Source: Octopus sinensis
Taxonomy: Eukaryota
Length of the DNA stretch: 64,000 nucleotides
Assembly: GCF_006345805.1 (NCBI RefSeq)
Contig: NC_043001.1
Location: 49,414,001-49,478,000 of the forward strand
Reading direction: 5' to 3'
Shown one piece after another: positions 57,722-64,000 of this stretch. A program made the position numbers and the translations under genes. Every line of letters begins with the position of its first letter. The first letter of the stretch is position 1. The notes under the pieces are model-generated. The model was given only the letters and a program-made list of their open reading frames with translations. It did no database searches and had not been told where the DNA came from.

Positions 57722-58790
57722 GCATATATCGACTTAAGTCGTTCTCGATTATTCGTCGGTATTCAAAAATAATATATGGAAAAAATAAAAATCAGGTTAA
57801 GTCCTTTTATTCGACTTTACGTCTGTCGGCCACAAATATTGGAATTGTAAAATCATTAGAAAACCGTTAAAAGCACATAAAATCGTGTTACTGTACAATA
57901 AATAAGAATAAAAGCATGTAAAATCATATTAAAATACGTACGGTAAATGTTAAGATACACACCATAAAGTAGTGTAGCTTAGTAAACAAAATCATGAAAT
58001 CAGCTGTGTTGTCTTATTTATCAGTCTTTCAGAGATCATATTGCACTGTTGTTCCAATATCTATGGTTAGGCGTTCCTGCCACTTCTGATTCCTGCGGTT
58101 GTTTTGAATTCAGATATGCTTACGTCCGTTTATCAGCTACTTTCTCATTCTCATTCATTTCTGACTTTATCTTTTGCTCCCATGGCTCCTAAGAAAATTC
58201 ATAGTGAAAGTGCTAAGCGTCATGCTATAAAACTGGAAGATAAATTGGCTATGATAAAGTTAAAAAAGTAGTAGCAATTGCACGATCTTTTGAGATGAGT
58301 TGGACAACTGTATCGACGATTGTATATAATAAGGACAAGATTTTAGCACATAGCAAATTTGAAGCCGCAGGGATGAAGAACACTGTCATCAATAAGAAAA
58401 GAGGCAAAATCTTTGAAGAAATGGAAAGTTTTCTTTCTCTTTGGATTATTGGGTTGAATCGTCAGCGTGCTACTATTAGTCAAGAAATCACCCAAGAGAA
58501 TGCGTTGTCTTTGTTTGATGACCCGAAGAAAAAATATCCAGATGAGAAAGATGTAGATTCAAGGCAAGTCAAGGATGGTTCATGAAATTTAAGGAGCGAA
58601 GAAGTTATCACTCCATTAAGAAGCAAGGTGAAAGTGCATCAGCTGACGAACAAGCAGCAGGGGAATTTCCTAATGGATTAAAGAAAATCATCGAAGAAAA
58701 CAGATTTTAACGTAGACGAAACTAGATTGTATTGGAAAAAATACAAAGTCCAGAGAAAGTTAATTCGACTTAAGTCATGTCTCCTGGAAC
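57719..58790 (+). mobile_element. Deleted Tigger/pogo-like DNA transposon
   Basis: MAPKK..KRHAIKLEDKLAMIK..IARSFEMSWTTVSTIV..MESFLSLWI..QEITQENALSLF..GWF, then IFNVDETRLYWK (CENP-B-type HTH plus DDE start). The motif cgacttaagtc occurs near both ends. Confidence 0.75.
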
Positions 58791-58842
58791 CAATTCTTCC
58801 AACTGTTAACGACGTAGGGTGAGGTGTGCCTGAGTCCTGTTT

Positions 58843-60020
58843 GTGTTACGAATTTTGATCCTCCGCAAAATCCCAAATTTTGTTTAATTTGCTTTGCGGG
58901 AGCAACTGTTTTATCGAAAGCGTATATTGTTGTTAAATGCTCGAAAACTGCCAACAACTGATGAAGGGTCGTTTTTTATGTTGTTTATCTTGTTTTCTAT
59001 TTGTGTCTCGTTGTTCGAAAAAATAGTTCATATTCCATGTACTCCTACTTAGTATTTTTTGTTGTACACGTTTCATGACGTCCTGCGCCCACATATGCAC
59101 ATATTTATACGTATAGATGTAAGTATGTACTTATACGTATGTATATATGCATATATATAGATAATTAATATATTATTATATGAATGAACGCCACGCATCC
59201 TCTTCGAAGTAAGTTTTATCGTAATAATTCTGATGCACACTCTATACAATCTTTTTACTCTTTCGTTTCTCTCTCTCTCTCTCTCTTATTCTTTTACCTC
59301 CTCTTCTCCCACTATTTTATCCTATTACTCTGTCACTCTCTCTCTCTCACTACTCCTCCCAAACTCACGTGGCTTTCACGTGACCATCGGCCATCTTTCT
59401 TTCTTCTCCTAACTTGTGTTTCTTTCTTTATCTCCTTTGTAGCTGGAACAAAGAAGACGTGGTCTTGTCTGTCTCATGTCCAAGCTTGATTTACACGTTC
59501 ACCACCACAACTTCGTTTAGGCTTATCAGCCCTTTCTGTTTGTTTTCACTACCTTGATTGTGTTACCAATTTTGACCCTCCGCAAAATCCCTAATTCTAT
59601 TTAATTTGGCTTGCGGGAACAACTGTTTTCTTAAAAGCGTATATTGTTGTTAAATGCTCGAAATACAAGAGTAGAAAAACAACCAACAACTGATTAAACG
59701 TCGATCTTTATGTTATTTGCTTTGTTTTCCATTTGTGCCTTTCGTTGTTCGAAAAAATAGTTCATATTCCATATGCTCGTGCTTCGTATCTTTTTGTGGT
59801 ACACATTTCGTGATGTCCCGTGCACACATATACATATATATAAACGTATAGATGTAAGTATGTACATATACGTATGCATATATTCTTTTATTCTTTTACC
59901 TCCTCTTCTCCCACTATTTTATATATAATATTTAATATATATAATATTTATATATATATATTATTTATATTATTATATGATTGAACGCCACACATCCTCT
60001 TCCAAGTAAGTTTTATCTAT
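58843..60020 (+). repeat. Diverged direct repeats of about 380-460 bp (58843-59220 and 59561-60020), resembling a Penelope pLTR or retrozyme
   Basis: Both copies start tgttac.aattttga.cctccgcaaaatccc and end tgaacgccac.catcctcttc.aagtaagttttatc. Each carries caacaactgat(ga), a truncated hammerhead-like core. Confidence 0.6.
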
Positions 60021-60031
60021 CTATCGTTATA

Positions 60032-60090
<59 letters not shown>

Positions 60091-60119
60091 GTGTGTGTGT
60101 GTATGTATGTATGTATATA

Positions 60120-62648
60120 CAGGGGTTGGACAAAATAATGGAAACACCTAGCATCATAACATCATAATTTTGAAATATCTATAAAACCATCAAAAGCTTG
60201 TCTATTTTTATGTTTGTTGATTTATTATTAGTGTTGAATAATCTGATTTGCTAAAGCTGCTGTTTCTTTTCAGATATCATCAGAAAAAGGCAATTAAAAT
60301 TCATTAAAATGACAAATCTATCGGACTTTCAGAGAAGTCAAATTGTTGGTGCTCGTATGGCAGGCGCTAGCGTAACGATAACAGCCGAAATGCTTGGTGT
60401 AGCAAGAAGTACGAGGGGGCGTTCAATAAGTAATGCCCCTGATCCACTTCCCATAGCAGTAGAGCAACGACACTTGGCACAGTTATTAGTCTTTTCCTAC
60501 ATAGGAACTACCCAGAGTTATGCATTTCTCCCATCGTTTGATACAGCTCTGGAGACCGTTTTTGTAGAAGACCCCAGCTTGGTCCTCCAACTACGACGTG
60601 ACTTGAGAAATCAAGGCTGCATCATCTGGGAAACGCTTTCCTTTCAAAATCAACTTCATGGCTGGGAAGAGGTGAAAATCAGAGGGTGCAAGGGGAGGAG
60701 TTCATAGCTGTACGCCTGTGCTTCTGATCTGGCGACACGCGAGTTGTGGACCGGAGCGTTGTCCTGCAGGAGGAGGATGCCTTTGCTGATCTTGCCCCGC
60801 CTCTTGATTTTGATAGCTTCTCTTAATTTCCTCAAAAGTGAAGCATAATAGGCTCCTGTAATTGTGGTACCCTTTGCCAGGAAATCTGTCATCACTACTC
60901 CGTCCTGGTCCCAGAAGACTGTGAGCATAACCTTGTCAGCAGAGGGCTGCACCCTTGCCTTCTTTGGAGGAGGTGAGTCACGGTGCTTTCACTGCATTGA
61001 CTGGGCTTTGGTCTATGGATCATAGTGATGGACCCAGGTTTTATCCTGTGTGATCAGTCTTTTGAAAAATTTTGACTCATCTTCTTGGCACATCTCCAAA
61101 TTCATCCTCGAGCACTCAACGCGTTCTTGCTTCTGGAAAGGTGTGAGCAACCTGGAAATCCATCTGGCAGACACCTTTTGCATATGCAAATGGTCATGAA
61201 TGATAGTTTCCACAGACCCGGTACTAATCTTGACCTTATGGGCTATTTGGCGAATAGTTATGCGTTGACCTTCCAAAATGGCAGCCTCAACTTGACGGAC
61301 AGACGTCTCATCAACGGCAGAAGGGGGCGACCAGATCTGGGAGCTGTTTCCACAGAGTTCCGACTATGTTTGAATTCACAATGCCAGCGTTTTACAAGGT
61401 CATATGATGGGGCATCATCACCATAAGTTACTTTCATTTCATCAAAAGTCTCCCGTGGTGTGCGTCCTTTCAAATACAAAAACCAGATCACTGCTCGACA
61501 CTCAACAGGCTCCATTTCACACTTGACTCAGTTCAAACACCTGTAAATCAGAAACCACAATTAGTTCAGAGCTGTAATTTTCCACTTACTCTATAGAGGT
61601 ATAAATAAGTGCACATGCAAAATTTCAGCTAGATCAAACAACTGCAAGTGGGTCAGGGGCATTACTTATTGAACGCCATTCGTACTGTCTCGAAAGTAAT
61701 GACAGCCTTTGAGAAAGAGGGAAAAACTTCCTCGTCGAAACAAAACTCCGGAAAAAAACCAAAACTTTCAGATAGGGACCGTCGGACTCTTACGCGAATT
61801 GTTAGAAAGGATCACAGAAGTACAGCTCCCAAAATTACTGCAGAGCTTAATGACCACCTCGAGAACCCAGTTTCCACGAAAACTGTTCGCTGGAAGCTGC
61901 ACAAAGCCGGATCTCACGGGAGGGCTGTAATCAGAAAACCACTACTTTCAAAAACAAACGTTGCAAAGTATTTAGAGTGGAGTAAAAACCCATAGAATTG
62001 GTCCCCAGAGCAGCGGAAGAATGTTATTTTCTTGGATGAGTCATCCTTTACCTTATTTCCGACCACCGGCCGAGTATACGTGTGGAGACAGCCAAAAGAA
62101 GCATTTGACCCAGGCTGCCTTCTTCCAACTGTTAAACATGGAGGAGGATGTGTGATGATCTGGGGGAGGGCTATATCTCGGAAATCCACCGGCCCAATGG
62201 TTTCCCTTCATGGCAGAATTAATAGTCAAGACTATTAAAGCATTTTATCTTATCAGATTCATTCTATGGTTGCAGAACTGTTTCCGGAGGGAAACAATAT
62301 TTCAGGATGATAATGCACCAATTCACACAGTTAAAGTTGTTACTGAATGGCACGAGGAATTTCTAGTGAAGTTGAACATTTTATCTGGCTACAACAATCC
62401 CCAGATCTCAACATTATTGAACATTTATGGTACATTTAAAAAAAAGAAACAAGTAAGGAGTCGATATCCTCCACTGTCATTACTACAACTGGAGACTGTT
62501 TTAGCTGAATAATGGACAAAAATTCCTTTGGAAGCAATTCAAACTTTGTACGAGTCCACACCTCGTAGAATTCAAGCTGGTCCTACCCTATATTAAAATA
62601 AATTTGTTTGAAATTTTAAGATGTTTCTATTATTTTGTCCAACGTGTG
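60120..62648 (+). mobile_element. Tc1-like transposon interrupted by a mariner insertion
   Basis: TIRs caggggttggacaaaataatggaaaca / tgtttctattattttgtccaac with TA flanks. Transposase MTNLSDFQRSQIVGAR..ARS|TVSKVM..DESSF..TVKHGGG..FQDDNAPIH, with stops and frameshifts. Confidence 0.9.
60412..61682 (-). mobile_element. Full-length mariner copy (same family as 43802-45096) inserted at a TA in the Tc1 transposase
   Basis: Same TIRs, with TA duplicated at 60410-60411 and 61683-61684. Removing it restores gca aga agt act gtc (ARSTV). Confidence 0.95.
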
Positions 62649-62905
62649 TATATATATATATATATATACACACATATCTGTCGGTCCGTACTTAATCACA
62701 TGACTATTTGTCCAAACTTGTTCATGTTCTTCCGTCCATACCAACCTACATGTCTCGAAATGTAGTAACGGTATCATCTCTGCCTTTCTCTCTCTCACTT
62801 CCCCCTGTTTGTCTATTTATCTGTCTCGCTCTCTCTCTCTCTCTCTCTCGCTCTCTTTATGTATGTATCTGTTTGACAGTCTATCAATCAATCTATCTAT
62901 CTATG

Positions 62906-62984
<79 letters not shown>

Positions 62985-63015
62985 TTATCTATCTGTCTGT
63001 CTGTCTGTCTTTCAG

Positions 63016-63252
63016 GCAGCCGGAAGCATACACATGAAGCTGTCTTCTGTGAGGAAGGCCTGAACGGCACCAATCCCTACCAAGACAACTGTGCTCATTA
63101 TTTCGATTGCCATCCCATATCTTCAAATGGAGGCCGCCTGTTGAAACGTTCGGGTGAGTGCCCTTATCCAATGTTGTTCAACAGCGGCACTCGGAGATGT
63201 GAGCCTTATCGATTTGTCCAGTGTGGTCCACGCTATGAACCAACCGAACCAT
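63016..63252 (+). CDS. Next internal exon of the CBM14 chitin-binding protein
   Basis: Acceptor ctttcag| and donor |gtgagg, 237 bp, phase 1-1. Encodes (C)[65 protein letters not shown](C) and joins in frame with 54697-54888. Confidence 0.85.
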
Positions 63253-63435
63253 GTGAGGCTTTTGCTTTGTTATCTTATCTCCACCATATATTACACCCCT
63301 CACACACACACATGCACACGCAGGTGCTCACACTCGCACGCTCATGCGCACACAGTGATGCACGCGTACACACTCACTCAAACATGTACACAAACACACG
63401 CGGTTACATCGCAACGCATTCACTATTAACTAATA

Positions 63436-64000
63436 CACAGGATGCGTAAGGTATTTGAGGACATACTTTTTGTGAGTCATCGCTGCATTTTTTGCTAACG
63501 CTGTATAATCTTTGTTTCAGAAATAATGGCAGACCCTCAGCTTACTCAAGAAATGAAGAGGCATCCTGTTATTGTGGTTATAAAGGCTGAGCATAGCGAT
63601 TTAGAAATATCTCGATTTTTTAAAAGTTGCCAGATCTTTCGTCTACAAAGTTTGTAAGGAGCTAAAGACTGAAGATGGAAACGTATCACCAGTATCAGAG
63701 TATAAAAAGCATTCTAAACGGTCTGAAATCATCAGAACACCTGAATTTATCCATCAAGTTTAACAGACCATTGATTACAATCCCAGAAATTCCATGAGAC
63801 CAACCGCAAAAGATCTCTATGTGTTAGAAGGAACATTCAGAAATGTTGTCCACGAAGACATCAGATATAAGTCTTGTATGATGAGGAAATGTCAATTCGT
63901 CAGAAAAAGCAGAAGAAAATCACTACATCAGATCAAAAAGACTCTTAAACAATCTGAAAAATACAGTAGAAGATTTGATTTGATTTTTCTCAAATGAGAT
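63436..64000 (+). mobile_element. 5' part of a decayed Tc1/mariner-superfamily transposon
   Basis: MADPQLTQEMKRHPVIVVIKAEHSDLEISRF..KVARSFVYKV (HTH), then NPRNSMRPTAKDLYV..RNVVHEDIRYKS. It runs off the window end. Confidence 0.65.

Noticed and set aside
60309-60707. 132-aa ORF starting as a Tc1 transposase
   Set aside because: It is a chance read-through from the Tc1 N-terminus into the antisense strand of the inserted mariner.

Overview
AT-rich, microsatellite-dense animal genomic DNA. The SINE families and microsatellite profile suggest a coleoid cephalopod, probably Octopus (inference). Three protein-coding loci can be supported: (1) the last coding exon of a synaptotagmin-17-like gene (C2B domain, + strand, 4359-4711); (2) an intact, intronless 428-aa ORF on the - strand (36868-38154) with two EB1/MAPRE-type calponin-homology domains and no EBH dimerisation domain; (3) two symmetric phase-1 exons of a CBM14 chitin-binding protein (54697-54888 and 63016-63252). 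The rest is mostly transposon sequence: mariner, Tc1, Tigger/pogo, non-autonomous Helitrons, R4/Dong and CRE retrotransposon relics, Penelope-like relics, three tRNA-derived SINE families and MITEs. There are also two near-identical tandem duplications of about 1.4 and 1.8 kb. The most notable observations are the tandem-CH EB1-like gene, which lies between two identical 100-bp direct repeats; a set of hammerhead-ribozyme-like cassettes and fold-back elements inside (TA)n tracts, including a recurring CCGANGA core variant; and a CpG-depleted block of about 22 kb after the SYT17-like stop codon. All alignments and RNA folds were done by eye.
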